NCBI GenBank assembly: GCA_020635175.1
Contig: JACKAH010000002.1
Location: 15,406-79,405 of the forward strand
DNA length: 64,000 bases
Source: Deltaproteobacteria bacterium
GTDB taxonomy: Bacteria; Bdellovibrionota_C; UBA2361; J135
Reading direction: 5' to 3'
Under the pieces are notes generated by a model, which searched no databases, had not been told where the DNA came from, and saw only the letters and a program-made list of their open reading frames with translations. The stretch's first letter is position 1. Every line of letters starts with the position of its first letter. Below, piece by piece: positions 9,263 to 19,969 of the stretch. The position numbers were made by a program, and so were the translations under genes.

Positions 9263-10912
9263 ATGGCTGAAACTGAGCTTGTAAAAATTACTATCGATGA
9301 CAAACAGATTGAGGTACCGAAAGGTATGAATCTGGTCGAAGCTGCGGCATCTACTGGAACTTTCATTCCTCATTATTGTTACCACCCTGATCTTTCAATC
9401 GCTGGTAATTGCCGAATGTGCCAGATTGAAATTGAAGGTAGACCAAAACTTGAAATTGCATGTAACACTATGGTGCAAGATGGCATGGTGATTAGAACTC
9501 ATCATACTAGCAAGTTGGTTGAGGATGCGCAGGCAGCGACGTTAGAGTTTATCTTAATCAACCATCCGCTTGATTGTACAGTTTGTGATCAGTCAGGTCA
9601 CTGTAAGCTTCAGGATTATCATTATAAGTATAATGCTCAGCCTAGTCGTTTTGAGGAAGACAAGGTTAATAAGGTAAAGGCTCAACCATTAGGACCTCAC
9701 GTAATTCTTGATGGTGAACGTTGTATTATGTGTACACGCTGTATCCGTTTCTGTGACGAGGTAGCTGAAACTAGTGAGCTTGGAATGCTTAATAGGGGAG
9801 ATAAGTCCGTTATTACTGTTGGCGAAGGTCAGCAGCTTGATAACCCACTCTCTGGCTCAGTTGTCGATCTTTGTCCTGTAGGAGCGCTGACTCATAGAGA
9901 TTGGAGATTTAATAGTAGAATTTGGTATACGCGCGAAACAGAAAGCATCTGCACAGGTTGTTCGACGGGCTGTAACGTTAAAGTTGCCGTGCGGGACAAC
10001 CAAGTGGTCCAAGTCAAAGCTCGCTACAATGAGTTTGTAAATAAAGAGTGGATGTGTGATGAGGGCAGATACGGCTTTCATCGATTTATTCCAGAAAATA
10101 GATTGCTTTCTCCTGTGCTTAAAGGTTCTCAGTGTTCGATTGAGCAAGCTTTAGCAGAAGCAAAAAAATTATCGGCTCAAAACCTGTATATTTTTATTTC
10201 GCCAGATTTAACTCTTGAAGAGATGACACTTGTTAAGAAATTCATTGATTCTAAATTTTCAGAAGCCACTCCCGTTGTTGCATATCGTAAGCGAGAATTA
10301 TCTGAGCTCGAAGCCAAGTTAATCAGTCCAAACTTTGCTGCTAACATCATGGGAGCAGAAGCTGCTGGTCTTGTAAACGGAAATGCTCAGCAAAATTATG
10401 AGGATGCGCTTGCGGCGCTTAGGTCAGGAAAAGCAGAATCGGTTTTGTTTATTGGCGAACGTTCGCTGTTCGCTGAGGATAGAACTGATGAACTATTGGC
10501 TTCAGTCTCTAAGGTAGGTCTAAGTATTGGAATTTTAGCTGATGCCGATAGCTCCTTGGTAAGAGCATTAAGTGTAGTTTTCCCTGAGAGAGTTATAGCT
10601 GAGAAATCAGGATTAATGATCAACCAGATTAAGAGGCTTCAGTATCTTGATCGATTGTTAGATTTTCCAGTTGGAACTGAGTCTGCTTGGAGAATTCTAG
10701 ATCGAATCTCAGCTGAGTTGGGAGCTAAGCTTACCGCAGCTAAAAATGATCGTGATTTTACTTTAGAGTTTTTTGCTTCACACGAGAACTTTCAGCATAC
10801 GACTATACAGGATGTAAAAGGTCAGGGAATTGCGTTAGACGGATCAGGTGAAACTGATAGTGATAAGCGAGAAGTTTATTCTCCATTTTTGACAGCTTTA
10901 GGAAAATACTAA
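9263..10912 (+). CDS. nuoG: NADH-quinone oxidoreductase subunit G (short form, 549 aa)
   Basis: 2Fe-2S N-terminus (HYCYHPDLSIAGNCRMCQIE), HPLDCTVCDQSGHCKLQD, CIMCTRCIRFC and DLCPVGAL. The C-terminal molybdopterin-like region is short. Confidence 0.9.
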   Translation: MAETELVKITIDDKQIEVPKGMNLVEAAASTGTFIPHYCYHPDLSIAGNCRMCQIEIEGRPKLEIACNTMVQDGMVIRTHHTSKLVEDAQAATLEFILINHPLDCTVCDQSGHCKLQDYHYKYNAQPSRFEEDKVNKVKAQPLGPHVILDGERCIMCTRCIRFCDEVAETSELGMLNRGDKSVITVGEGQQLDNPLSGSVVDLCPVGALTHRDWRFNSRIWYTRETESICTGCSTGCNVKVAVRDNQVVQVKARYNEFVNKEWMCDEGRYGFHRFIPENRLLSPVLKGSQCSIEQALAEAKKLSAQNLYIFISPDLTLEEMTLVKKFIDSKFSEATPVVAYRKRELSELEAKLISPNFAANIMGAEAAGLVNGNAQQNYEDALAALRSGKAESVLFIGERSLFAEDRTDELLASVSKVGLSIGILADADSSLVRALSVVFPERVIAEKSGLMINQIKRLQYLDRLLDFPVGTESAWRILDRISAELGAKLTAAKNDRDFTLEFFASHENFQHTTIQDVKGQGIALDGSGETDSDKREVYSPFLTALGKY

Positions 10913-10915
10913 CAG

Positions 10916-12007
10916 ATGGAATGGTTGATTCTTTTTCTAAAGGTCTTTGTTGTCTTTCAAGTAGCACAGGGACTTGCTTCGCTTTGTGTATGGGTTGAGC
11001 GCAAAGGTTCGGCTCTGATCCAAGATAGAATCGGCGCTAACAGAGCAGGCGCCTTTGCCCAGACAGACATTCTATTACTAAAGCCTGTGATGCCAATTAT
11101 TAGGCTTTTGGGTGTGCTGGGGATTATTAATACGTTGGTGTGTGATGCAGTAAAAGCTCTATTTAAAGAAGACTTTCTGCCTGAAAACACTTCAAACTTT
11201 GTTCATTCGCTAGCCCCATTTATGGGAGCGTTTCCTGTGTTTGTAGCATATGCGCTAATTCCAATTGCGCCGGATTTTACAATCGCTGGTTATTATATTC
11301 GACCACAAGTTGCATCATTAGACGTAGGTATTTTGTTTATTTTTGCAATGGGCTCGATAGCGGTCTATGGCGCTACGATTGCTGGATGGGTTGGAAATAA
11401 TAAGTTCTCACTTTTAGGTGGGCTGAGAACAGCTGCTCAGATGATCTCTTACGAACTTGCATTAGGGTTAAGTTTGGTTTGCATGGTCATTCTGTACGGG
11501 ACATTAGATCTGTATGAAATGATAGAGGCACAATCCACTTTACTATTTGGATTTTTGCCAGCCTGGGGAGTCTTTACACAGCCGATAGCTTTTATCATCT
11601 TCTTTATTGCAGGGATGGCTGAAACTAAAAGAGCCCCATTTGATCTGCCTGAAGCAGAATCTGAACTTGTCGCCGGTTATTTTACAGAATATTCAGGGAT
11701 GAAGTTCTTATTGTTTTGGCTGGGCGAATTTGCTGAGATTGCCTTACTTTCTGCCTTAATGGTTATCATGTTTTTTGGTGGCTGGGATATTCCATTCGTT
11801 CATTATCCAGAAACATGGTGGGGTGCATTGATTGGTCACGCAGTATTCATGGCGAAAGTTAGTTTCTTTTGTGTACTACAGATTGTAATTCGTTGGACGT
11901 TACCTCGTTTTAGATATGACCAATTAATGACTATGGGTTGGAAGATGCTTCTTCCGATTGCGATGTTTAACTTGCTCCTAACAGGCGCACTTAAATTACT
12001 AATGTAA
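10916..12007 (+). CDS. nuoH: NADH-quinone oxidoreductase subunit H
   Basis: Polytopic membrane protein with RAPFDLPEAESELVAGYFTEYSGMKF. Confidence 0.93.
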   Translation: MEWLILFLKVFVVFQVAQGLASLCVWVERKGSALIQDRIGANRAGAFAQTDILLLKPVMPIIRLLGVLGIINTLVCDAVKALFKEDFLPENTSNFVHSLAPFMGAFPVFVAYALIPIAPDFTIAGYYIRPQVASLDVGILFIFAMGSIAVYGATIAGWVGNNKFSLLGGLRTAAQMISYELALGLSLVCMVILYGTLDLYEMIEAQSTLLFGFLPAWGVFTQPIAFIIFFIAGMAETKRAPFDLPEAESELVAGYFTEYSGMKFLLFWLGEFAEIALLSALMVIMFFGGWDIPFVHYPETWWGALIGHAVFMAKVSFFCVLQIVIRWTLPRFRYDQLMTMGWKMLLPIAMFNLLLTGALKLLM

Positions 12008-12011
12008 CTCT

Positions 12012-12503
12012 ATGGAAGATATTGTTTGGTATTTACTTTCAACGGTTGCGTTACTATCTGCGATAGCAGTAGTGATGATTCCAAAGCCGCTCTACAGCGC
12101 TTTCGCGCTAGTTTTGCACATGTTTATGATTGCAGGTTTGTTTGCGATGCTGGATGCGCACTTCTTAGCAACTGCTCAGATCATTGTATATGCTGGAGCT
12201 ATCATGGTTTTGGTTATTTTTGTAATCATGCTGCTTTCTTTGCAGGGAGCTGAGGAGAGACCTTCACTCTTATTTTCAGTTGCTTCGTTTGCAATAGTTG
12301 CTGCACTAGCGCGCTACATTGTGCCAAGACTGGATGCTGCGTTTGGTAGCTCTGGAACTGACCTAGCTGGTACAGTTAAATCAGTTGGTGAGCTTCTGTA
12401 TACCAAATATATATTTCCATTTGAGGCTGCCTCAGTCCTAATCATGGTGGCAATTGTCGGAGCTGTAATCTTGTCGAAAAGGGAGAAGAAAGATGCCGCT
12501 TAA
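12012..12503 (+). CDS. nuoJ: NADH-quinone oxidoreductase subunit J
   Basis: A 163-aa protein with about 5 TM segments, located between nuoH and nuoK. C-terminal [17 protein letters not shown]. Confidence 0.88.
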   Translation: MEDIVWYLLSTVALLSAIAVVMIPKPLYSAFALVLHMFMIAGLFAMLDAHFLATAQIIVYAGAIMVLVIFVIMLLSLQGAEERPSLLFSVASFAIVAALARYIVPRLDAAFGSSGTDLAGTVKSVGELLYTKYIFPFEAASVLIMVAIVGAVILSKREKKDAA

Positions 12504-12792
12504 TTACTATATAGTATTAGCAACAATTCTTTTCTCGATAGGCATGTTTGGCGTAATTCTAAGAAAGAACACCATCGTAATGTTTATGTGCATTGAGATG
12601 ATGTTAAACGCTGTGAATCTTTCTTTTGTTGCGTTTTCAAAGTTCCACGGGAATTTAGAGGGCCAAATTGGCGTTTTCTTTATCATGGTTGTTGCTGCAG
12701 CTGAGGCTTCGGTTGGGCTAGCAATTATTATTTCCGTTTTTAGAGCAATCGTCTCGGTAGAAACTTCAGATTCTAATGAGTTAAAATTATGA
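12493..12792 (+). CDS. nuoK: NADH-quinone oxidoreductase subunit K
   Basis: A 99-aa, 3-TM protein with [10 protein letters not shown] and [12 protein letters not shown]. Confidence 0.92.
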   Translation: MPLNYYIVLATILFSIGMFGVILRKNTIVMFMCIEMMLNAVNLSFVAFSKFHGNLEGQIGVFFIMVVAAAEASVGLAIIISVFRAIVSVETSDSNELKL

Positions 12793-14681
12793 CCTCACAC
12801 GAAGCACATCAAGTTCAACTTGGTTTAATACCGCTCTTCCCATTGTTAGGATCGGCGCTTGCGTTTGTTATTGGTAAAAAGAACAAGGCGCTGTCTGGAT
12901 GGATTGCAACCATAGCTGCAGTATGCTCTTTCGCATCAGTTTTTAATTTTTTTCGCAGTCTACCTGAGGGTGGAGTTTTTGAAGATAAGCTTTTTACCTG
13001 GTTTTCGATAGGTGGGTTTACTGCTGATTTTACCTTTAGGTTCGATTCTCTTACTGCAGTCATGTGCCTTGTCGTAACTGGAGTTGGAAGCCTAATTCAT
13101 CTTTATTCGATTGGGTACATGAATGAGGAGCCTTCTAAGCATAGATACTTTTCATATCTAAATTTATTTTTGTTTTCTATGCTCCTGTTAGTGTTGGGTG
13201 GAAACCTATTGATTCTCTTTATCGGCTGGGAAGGGGTAGGGCTATGTTCATATCTCTTGATCGGATTTTGGTTTAAGAACGAAGCCTTTGCTCGCGCTGG
13301 TCGTAAGGCTTTTGTAGTTAATAGAATCGGAGATGCTGGCTTTCTAATTGCAATTTTCCTCTGCGCCGGAATATTTGGAACGATAGATTTTGCTGAGCTT
13401 GCTGCAAAGTTTGTTCATAATACCAATATGGATTTATTGGTACCGATCGTTACAGGTATCGCCATCTGTCTTTTCATAGGAGCTACTGGTAAGTCAGCTC
13501 AGATCCCTCTGTTTGTCTGGTTGCCTGATGCAATGGCTGGCCCAACACCTGTCTCTGCTCTTATCCATGCTGCAACGATGGTTACTGCAGGTGTGTACAT
13601 GATGGCCAGGACACACTTTATCTTTGATATGGCACCATACGCTATGATGATAGTTTCAATTGTAGCTGTGCTCACTGCCTTTGTTGCTGGGACAATTGCT
13701 ATCACACAAAATGATATTAAGAAGGTGTTAGCTTACTCAACTGTTAGCCAACTTGGTTTTATGTTTATGGCTGCTGGGGCTGGAGCTTATTGGATTGCTG
13801 TTTTCCACCTGGTAACCCATGCATTCTTTAAGGCATGTCTATTCCTGTGTTCGGGCTCAGTTATACACTCCTGCCATCATGAGCAGGATATGCGTGAGAT
13901 GGGAGGTCTGGCCAAAGTTATGCCGATAACATTTGTTACATACCTAATCTCTACAATCGCAATCTCAGGTATCGCTCCTTTGAGTGGTTATTATTCGAAG
14001 CATGCAATTTTAGGTGCGATGGAACACAATCCTAATCCCTTTATGGCGCAATTTGCTGAGTGGTTAGTTTTGGCAGCTTCTATTACAGCGGTAATTACCG
14101 CTTTTTATATGACTCGTTCTTTGGCTATGACGTTTCTAGGTACTTACCGAGGTCACGCCCACCCGCATGAATCACCTTTACTAATGACAATACCACTTAT
14201 CGTTCTCGCTAGCTTGGCTAGCATAGCAGGTTTCTACGGAGAGGATCTCTATGCTTATCTGCATCATGTTGTTCCTGACAATGGCCATCATTTTCATCAT
14301 GAAAGTATGGCTGACGCTCTAGTTCATAGCTGGACCGCAATTTTGGGCGTATTAGCTGCATTGCTTTTGTATACAAATCTTAAGGTAATCCCTCAGAAGG
14401 TTTCTCAAGCCTTCCCGCTACTCAATAAGCTACTCAGTAATAAGTATTATATAGATGAAATTTACAACATGTTTGTAGTGAAGCCGTTAGAGGGGTTAGC
14501 GGGAATATTTTTTAATCGCATAGATAGAGGAGTCGTTGACGGCGCAGTGAATGGTACTGGAATGGTAGTAGAGATTAGTGGCGAGGTTGCTCGAACAGTT
14601 CAGACTGGGCAGATTCGTAGCTATCTATTTATGATGGTGCTTGGAATGTTGTTCGTGATTGGCCTTTATATTGTGGCATAG
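12789..14681 (+). CDS. nuoL: NADH-quinone oxidoreductase subunit L
   Basis: Antiporter-like subunit with [15 protein letters not shown] and [31 protein letters not shown]. Confidence 0.94.
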   Translation: MTSHEAHQVQLGLIPLFPLLGSALAFVIGKKNKALSGWIATIAAVCSFASVFNFFRSLPEGGVFEDKLFTWFSIGGFTADFTFRFDSLTAVMCLVVTGVGSLIHLYSIGYMNEEPSKHRYFSYLNLFLFSMLLLVLGGNLLILFIGWEGVGLCSYLLIGFWFKNEAFARAGRKAFVVNRIGDAGFLIAIFLCAGIFGTIDFAELAAKFVHNTNMDLLVPIVTGIAICLFIGATGKSAQIPLFVWLPDAMAGPTPVSALIHAATMVTAGVYMMARTHFIFDMAPYAMMIVSIVAVLTAFVAGTIAITQNDIKKVLAYSTVSQLGFMFMAAGAGAYWIAVFHLVTHAFFKACLFLCSGSVIHSCHHEQDMREMGGLAKVMPITFVTYLISTIAISGIAPLSGYYSKHAILGAMEHNPNPFMAQFAEWLVLAASITAVITAFYMTRSLAMTFLGTYRGHAHPHESPLLMTIPLIVLASLASIAGFYGEDLYAYLHHVVPDNGHHFHHESMADALVHSWTAILGVLAALLLYTNLKVIPQKVSQAFPLLNKLLSNKYYIDEIYNMFVVKPLEGLAGIFFNRIDRGVVDGAVNGTGMVVEISGEVARTVQTGQIRSYLFMMVLGMLFVIGLYIVA

Positions 14682-14695
14682 GAGAGATTGATTAG

Positions 14696-16312
14696 ATGAC
14701 TCTGGATCCATTAGGCAGTTTGCTAAACGTTTTTAATCAAAATTTACTAAGTGCGATAATCTTTGCTCCGCTGTTAGGAGCTCTTTGGCTATATGTCTTC
14801 CCTAAGAAGGAAGATGGAAGCATTTATAGAGGAGTAGCATTTCTCTGGGGCATGATTACATTTGGTCTTTCATGTTTGATGCTCTTGAAGTTTAACTCGG
14901 AATCCTCTGCGCTACAGCTTAGAGAGCATGCTAGTTGGATTCAGGGGTTTGGTGTCCATTATTCTTTGGGCGTTGATGGCATTAGTGTGTTTTTAGTGAT
15001 GCTTACAACGTTTTTAATGCCGATAGTAGTGTTAGCTTCACATTCTGTGAAAACTAACCTTAGGTCTTATTTGGCGAATATGCTGTTGCTAGAGACCGCA
15101 ATGCTCGGAACATTATTAGCGTTAGATTCTTTTCTCTTTTATATTTTCTGGGAGATGATGCTCTTTCCAATGTACTTCTTGATTGGAATATGGGGAGGTC
15201 CTCGCAGAATATACGCAACTTTGAAGTTTGTTCTGTATACAGTGTTTGGTTCAGTGCTTATGTTGATTGCCTTGCTCTACACCGTTTGGCAACATGCTGA
15301 GCAGTCTGGAGCTGTAAGTTTCTTAATCGCAGATCTCGTTAAAACAAACTTTTCACTTCAGGAAGAGATATTGCTTTTTGCGGCATTCGCTCTAGCATTT
15401 GGCATTAAAGTTCCTATTTTCCCATTTCATACTTGGCTACCTGATGCTCACGTTGAAGCCCCAACTGGTGGTTCTGTCGTTCTAGCAGGAGTTTTGTTAA
15501 AGATGGGACTATATGGGTTTATTAGATTTGCTTACCCACTTTTTCCGAATGGGGCAGAAGTCTTTGCGCCATACTTAGCGATACTAGCGGTAATTGGAAT
15601 TGTTTATGGAGCTTTAGTAGCTTGGGCTCAATCTGATGTTAAGAAACTTGTAGCGTATTCCTCAGTTTCACATCTTGGCTACTGTGTACTTGGCTTTGTC
15701 GCGTTTAATACGATCTCTGCAACGGGCTCAATATATCAGATGCTGAACCATGGTATTTCAACAGGTGCGCTCTTTTTACTTGTTGGAGTGCTTTATGATC
15801 GTAGACATACACGTGAGATCTCTGAATATGGTGGATTAGCTTCCAAGGTTCCAGTCTTTGCCTTTCTCTTTTTAGTCTTTACTTTAAGCTCAATTGCATT
15901 GCCGTTAACAAACGGTTTTGTCGGTGAATTCTTGATCCTTTATGGAAGCTTTCAAACTTTTCCATTAATTACAATTGTTGCAGTGAGTGGTGTTGTCCTG
16001 GGTGCAATCTATATGTTGACCTTATACCTAAAGACAATGTTTGGTGAGATTGATGAAGCTAAAAATGGATCTTTGACAGACGTCAATACTAGGGAGTTAG
16101 TAACCTTGTTGCCCTTACTGTTTATGGTCTTTTATATGGGAATCTTTCCACAGAAAATGCTTTCAATGATAGAGCCTTCCGTAGTTTCTTATATCCAGAT
16201 GGTAGAGGAGAGAAAAGATGATTTGACAGCTTATGTCGACGATCATTCTAGTGGAAATTTAAGAGTAGTTAATGGCGTTACACAGTTAATTGAGGAGGAA
16301 GAGCGTGTCTAG
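14696..16312 (+). CDS. nuoM: NADH-quinone oxidoreductase subunit M
   Basis: FYIFWEMMLFPMYFLIGIWGG, PFHTWLPDAHVEAPTGGSVVLAGVLLK and VAYSSVSHLG. Confidence 0.94.
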   Translation: MTLDPLGSLLNVFNQNLLSAIIFAPLLGALWLYVFPKKEDGSIYRGVAFLWGMITFGLSCLMLLKFNSESSALQLREHASWIQGFGVHYSLGVDGISVFLVMLTTFLMPIVVLASHSVKTNLRSYLANMLLLETAMLGTLLALDSFLFYIFWEMMLFPMYFLIGIWGGPRRIYATLKFVLYTVFGSVLMLIALLYTVWQHAEQSGAVSFLIADLVKTNFSLQEEILLFAAFALAFGIKVPIFPFHTWLPDAHVEAPTGGSVVLAGVLLKMGLYGFIRFAYPLFPNGAEVFAPYLAILAVIGIVYGALVAWAQSDVKKLVAYSSVSHLGYCVLGFVAFNTISATGSIYQMLNHGISTGALFLLVGVLYDRRHTREISEYGGLASKVPVFAFLFLVFTLSSIALPLTNGFVGEFLILYGSFQTFPLITIVAVSGVVLGAIYMLTLYLKTMFGEIDEAKNGSLTDVNTRELVTLLPLLFMVFYMGIFPQKMLSMIEPSVVSYIQMVEERKDDLTAYVDDHSSGNLRVVNGVTQLIEEEERV

Positions 16313-17777
16313 CTATTTTTCATCGGCAGATCTTTTTCGAATAGCGCCATTGGTCGTACTTAGCTTTGGGGCTTTTTGTTTACTTCTAATGGAGGTCTTT
16401 ATTAAGGGAGCTTGGGATAAAGCTCGCACAGCTGGACTTTTTACTCTAGTAGCTTTTGTTAGTCTTTACTATTACCGTGGTCAATTCTTTGAGGGAAGTA
16501 CAGCCTTTCAGGGTTTGCTATTTACCGATCCTTATACATTCTTTTTCGCAGCCTTGATTTTAATCGGAACGTTTATAACCCGGCTGTTAAGTGATGAAAG
16601 GTTAAGAGAAGAGGGCGTTGGTGCACAAGCTGAGTACTTCTCATTGTTGTTGATGTGCTCTGTCGGCGCGATGATATTTGTTGCCGCTCGGGAATTGATT
16701 GTGCTCTTTTTAGGCCTTGAAATTATGTCAATTGCGCTTTACTGCTTATGCGGTTCAGCTCTTTGGTCGACGCGTTCAAGTGAATCTGCACTTAAATACT
16801 TTTTACTCGGTTCCTTTAGCTCTGCTGTAATGCTATTTGGCATGTCTTTACTTTATGGTTTAAGTGGCACTCTTGTAATTCCTGATATTGCAAGCGCTCT
16901 GAGCTCAATGCCTGCTGAGAATATGGGGATATTGCTCGTAGCAATTGGCTTAATGCTTGTAGGTTTTGGATTTAAAATAGGATTGGTTCCATTTCATTTT
17001 TGGGCACCAGATGTCTATCAAGGTTCACCAACACCGATCACTGCTTATATGGCATGCGTTGTTAAGGCTGCTGCTGTGGCTGCCGCAATTCGTGTAATGA
17101 CTCTTTTGTTTGTTCATGGAGACCTCTTTAGTGTTTGGTCTGATGCAATCTGGTTTATCGCCGCTATCACAATGACGATTGGTAACCTGTCAGCGTTACG
17201 ACAACGAAGCGTCAAACGAATGCTTGCTTATTCAAGTATTGCTCATGCTGGCTATATGTTTGTCGCGTTTATCGCTCCAGAAACAGGAGGTCTTTCGGCG
17301 ATACTTTTTTACTTAGTAACTTATACTGCTATGACTTTCGGTGCTTTTGGAATCACTATGATAGTGGCAAATAGCTTTCCGGAGAAAACAGATGCAGATG
17401 ATATCTCTAATTTTAATGGTTTAGGTTTTACGAGACCAATGTTAGGCGTCTTGATGACAATCTTTATGTTTTCGTTAGCGGGTCTTCCTCCTGGATTAGC
17501 TGGACTTTTAGGTAAATTTTACCTGTTTAATGCAGCAGTTAAAGCAAATTTTATCTCTATAGCTGTAATTGGCGTTTTAAACTCAGCGATCTCCTGCTAC
17601 TATTATTTGAACGTACTTGTTGCAATGTATTTCCGAAAAGGGGAAGTGTCACCGTCTCATCCAGTTGGAATGCCAATGGCAGGGGCGTTAGGTGTTTGTG
17701 CCGCTGCTAGTATTTTTCTAGGAGTATTCCCCTCAAAGTTGTATGAAATTGCAGCATACGTTGTGACCACATTCTAG
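16305..17777 (+). CDS. nuoN: NADH-quinone oxidoreductase subunit N
   Basis: PFHFWAPDVYQGSPTPITAYM and LAYSSIAHAGY. The tracked ORF begins at a TTG at 16290. The GTG at 16305 lies directly after gaggaggaag and is the more likely start. Confidence 0.92.
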   Translation: MSSYFSSADLFRIAPLVVLSFGAFCLLLMEVFIKGAWDKARTAGLFTLVAFVSLYYYRGQFFEGSTAFQGLLFTDPYTFFFAALILIGTFITRLLSDERLREEGVGAQAEYFSLLLMCSVGAMIFVAARELIVLFLGLEIMSIALYCLCGSALWSTRSSESALKYFLLGSFSSAVMLFGMSLLYGLSGTLVIPDIASALSSMPAENMGILLVAIGLMLVGFGFKIGLVPFHFWAPDVYQGSPTPITAYMACVVKAAAVAAAIRVMTLLFVHGDLFSVWSDAIWFIAAITMTIGNLSALRQRSVKRMLAYSSIAHAGYMFVAFIAPETGGLSAILFYLVTYTAMTFGAFGITMIVANSFPEKTDADDISNFNGLGFTRPMLGVLMTIFMFSLAGLPPGLAGLLGKFYLFNAAVKANFISIAVIGVLNSAISCYYYLNVLVAMYFRKGEVSPSHPVGMPMAGALGVCAAASIFLGVFPSKLYEIAAYVVTTF

Positions 17778-17792
17778 TTTAACGACACGTTA

Positions 17793-18548
17793 ATGCATTT
17801 TACTCGAGTTGATTGCGATATCTATGATGGGAGTAAGAGCTCCGAAGGAGGAGAGAGCTTTGCTGTGCTTAATCCCTCAGGAACTCCCGGTTGTGCAGTC
17901 TTAGGTATGACATCTGCTGCAAGAGATGGAGTTAGTAGCCACGTCGCCTCAAGGCTAGCGTTAGAGCATTACTTAGATTCGATTCAGAATTTTTTCCAAA
18001 CTAAGTCTATAAATCAAACATCAATAGAGTTGCAAACTGACTTGAATCTTGAAGTCCTAGAGGATGCTTTTCGTGAAGCAAATAGATCGGTCTACGAATT
18101 TGGTCATAAGCTAGCGGCAGGCGGACGAATGGCAGCTTCATTAATGGGAGTTGTGCTTTGTGGAGATGTTATCGCTGCTGGTAAGGCAGATACAGGAAAT
18201 GCTTACCTGATAAGAAGAGGCGAGGTCGTTCCATTTTTTGTTGAGGATGCAGCATTAAACGACAAGGGCAAACAACAAAACTATGTCGGCGCGCACTCAA
18301 TGGTTAATGTAGAGCTGTCATCAATTTTCCTAGAATCTAATGATAGAATAGTCGTCTTTTCGCGATCTCTTACAGAAAATGAGGAATCGAAGTTCATTGA
18401 TTTAGCACCAGGGTTAGATACTACTGTTGTTAAGCCGGCTAAGTTATTTGCAGAAAAGATTTTTTCTAGGTCGAGCGAACCACCATCTATTTTTGTAATC
18501 TCAATCGGACCTGCTGGAATATATCTTTCTGAGGAGATTGCTGTATGA
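17793..18548 (+). CDS. PP2C/SpoIIE-like fold protein with degenerate catalytic motifs
   Basis: GMTSAARDGVSSHVASRLALE resembles PP2C GMGGHxxGExAS. MAASLMGVVLCGDVIAAGKADTGNAYLIRRGEV resembles TTLvaaliddrlyvANvGDSRaYLlRdGel, but the GDSR aspartate position reads DTGN. Its stop overlaps the gnd start (ATGA). Confidence 0.5.
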   Translation: MHFTRVDCDIYDGSKSSEGGESFAVLNPSGTPGCAVLGMTSAARDGVSSHVASRLALEHYLDSIQNFFQTKSINQTSIELQTDLNLEVLEDAFREANRSVYEFGHKLAAGGRMAASLMGVVLCGDVIAAGKADTGNAYLIRRGEVVPFFVEDAALNDKGKQQNYVGAHSMVNVELSSIFLESNDRIVVFSRSLTENEESKFIDLAPGLDTTVVKPAKLFAEKIFSRSSEPPSIFVISIGPAGIYLSEEIAV

Positions 18549-19969
18549 GCAATGCTGACATTGGAATGATCGGTTTGGCAGTGATGGGCGCCAATTTGAT
18601 TCGCAATATTGAGAGAAATAAATATAGCTGTGTTGTTTATAACAGAACGTCTGCGGTGACTGAAAAATTCATGCAGGAGCAACAGGGGAAGAACTTCATT
18701 GCTGCTGATTCTTTACAGTCTCTAGTCAGTGCTCTTAAACGCCCGAGAAAGATTTTAGTTATGGTAAAAGCTGGAGATCCAGTTGATGCTGTTATTGAAT
18801 CGTTAATTCCTTTGCTGGATCAAGGCGATATCATTTGTGATCTTGGAAACTCTCATTATCTTGATACAATTAGACGTGAAAAGTACTGTAAAGATAAGGG
18901 TTTGTTGTTTATAGGGGTTGGTGTTTCTGGTGGTGAAGAGGGAGCATTGAACGGTCCGAGTATCATGCCTGGCGGAGATAAATCTGCGTGGAGCGAGTTG
19001 AGCGAAGTCTTTGATGCGATCTCTGCCAAAGTGCCAGAGCCTTGCCATGTTTACATAGGTCCAAATGGCGCAGGCCATTTTGTAAAAACAGTTCACAATG
19101 GCATTGAGTATGGAGACATGCAGCTTATTGCTGAAAGTTATGATCTGCTGCGAAAAGTTAAGAATTTAAAGCCTGATCAGCTTCATTCAGTATTTCAGGA
19201 TTGGAATCAAGGTGTTCTTTCCTCTTTCTTAGTTGAGATAACAGCAGAGATTTTTCTTCAAAAAGACGATCAAGCCGAGGGGTATCTTGTCGATCATATT
19301 TTAGATAAGGCAAAGCAAAAAGGTACAGGTAAGTGGACTGCTGAGAGTGCTCTTGAATTGGGGATTCCCATCCCTGTTATCGCTGCAGCTGTAACTGCAC
19401 GTGGACTGAGTATGCTAAAAAATGAGCGTAAAATTGCTTCGACAATTCTATCAAGCGAGAAAGTTCAGGAGACGCTTATTCCTGACGGTGATTTCATTTC
19501 TGCCGTACATGACGCACTTTATTGCTCTAAAATAGTAAGTTATGCACAAGGACTTGCGTTATTGAGTGCTGCTTCCGCCGAATATGATTGGGATTTAAAG
19601 CTTGATCAGATTGCTGCTATATGGCGAGGAGGGTGTATCATTAGAGCTAAGTTTTTAGCTGAGATAATGAGGGCTTATAAAGATAACCCAAAATTGAGTA
19701 ATCTACTTTTGGACCCTGTAATTCAAACTGAAATTGAGAATAGACTGCCTGCATGGAGAAGAGTAGTTGCTCAAGCCTCGCTCTTTGGAATACCAATTTT
19801 GGGATTTAGCTCAGCTTTGTCATATTACGATAGTTATAGAACTGCCAATCTTCCGCAGAATTTAACCCAAGCCCAACGTGATTTTTTTGGAGCTCATACG
19901 TTTGAGAGAACAGATAAGGAAGGTAGTTTTCACGCAGAGTGGGGCCAAATTAACACATCGACTAAATGA
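18545..19969 (+). CDS. gnd: 6-phosphogluconate dehydrogenase, decarboxylating
   Basis: IGMIGLAVMGANLIRN (NADP-binding fold), GVSGGEEGALNGPSIMPGG, HNGIEYGDMQLIAE and QRDFFGAHTFER. Confidence 0.95.
   Translation: MSNADIGMIGLAVMGANLIRNIERNKYSCVVYNRTSAVTEKFMQEQQGKNFIAADSLQSLVSALKRPRKILVMVKAGDPVDAVIESLIPLLDQGDIICDLGNSHYLDTIRREKYCKDKGLLFIGVGVSGGEEGALNGPSIMPGGDKSAWSELSEVFDAISAKVPEPCHVYIGPNGAGHFVKTVHNGIEYGDMQLIAESYDLLRKVKNLKPDQLHSVFQDWNQGVLSSFLVEITAEIFLQKDDQAEGYLVDHILDKAKQKGTGKWTAESALELGIPIPVIAAAVTARGLSMLKNERKIASTILSSEKVQETLIPDGDFISAVHDALYCSKIVSYAQGLALLSAASAEYDWDLKLDQIAAIWRGGCIIRAKFLAEIMRAYKDNPKLSNLLLDPVIQTEIENRLPAWRRVVAQASLFGIPILGFSSALSYYDSYRTANLPQNLTQAQRDFFGAHTFERTDKEGSFHAEWGQINTSTK

Noticed and set aside
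18281-18682. A 133-aa minus-strand ORF spanning the PP2C-like/gnd junction
   Set aside because: It is antisense to two coupled plus-strand genes and has no recognisable motifs.
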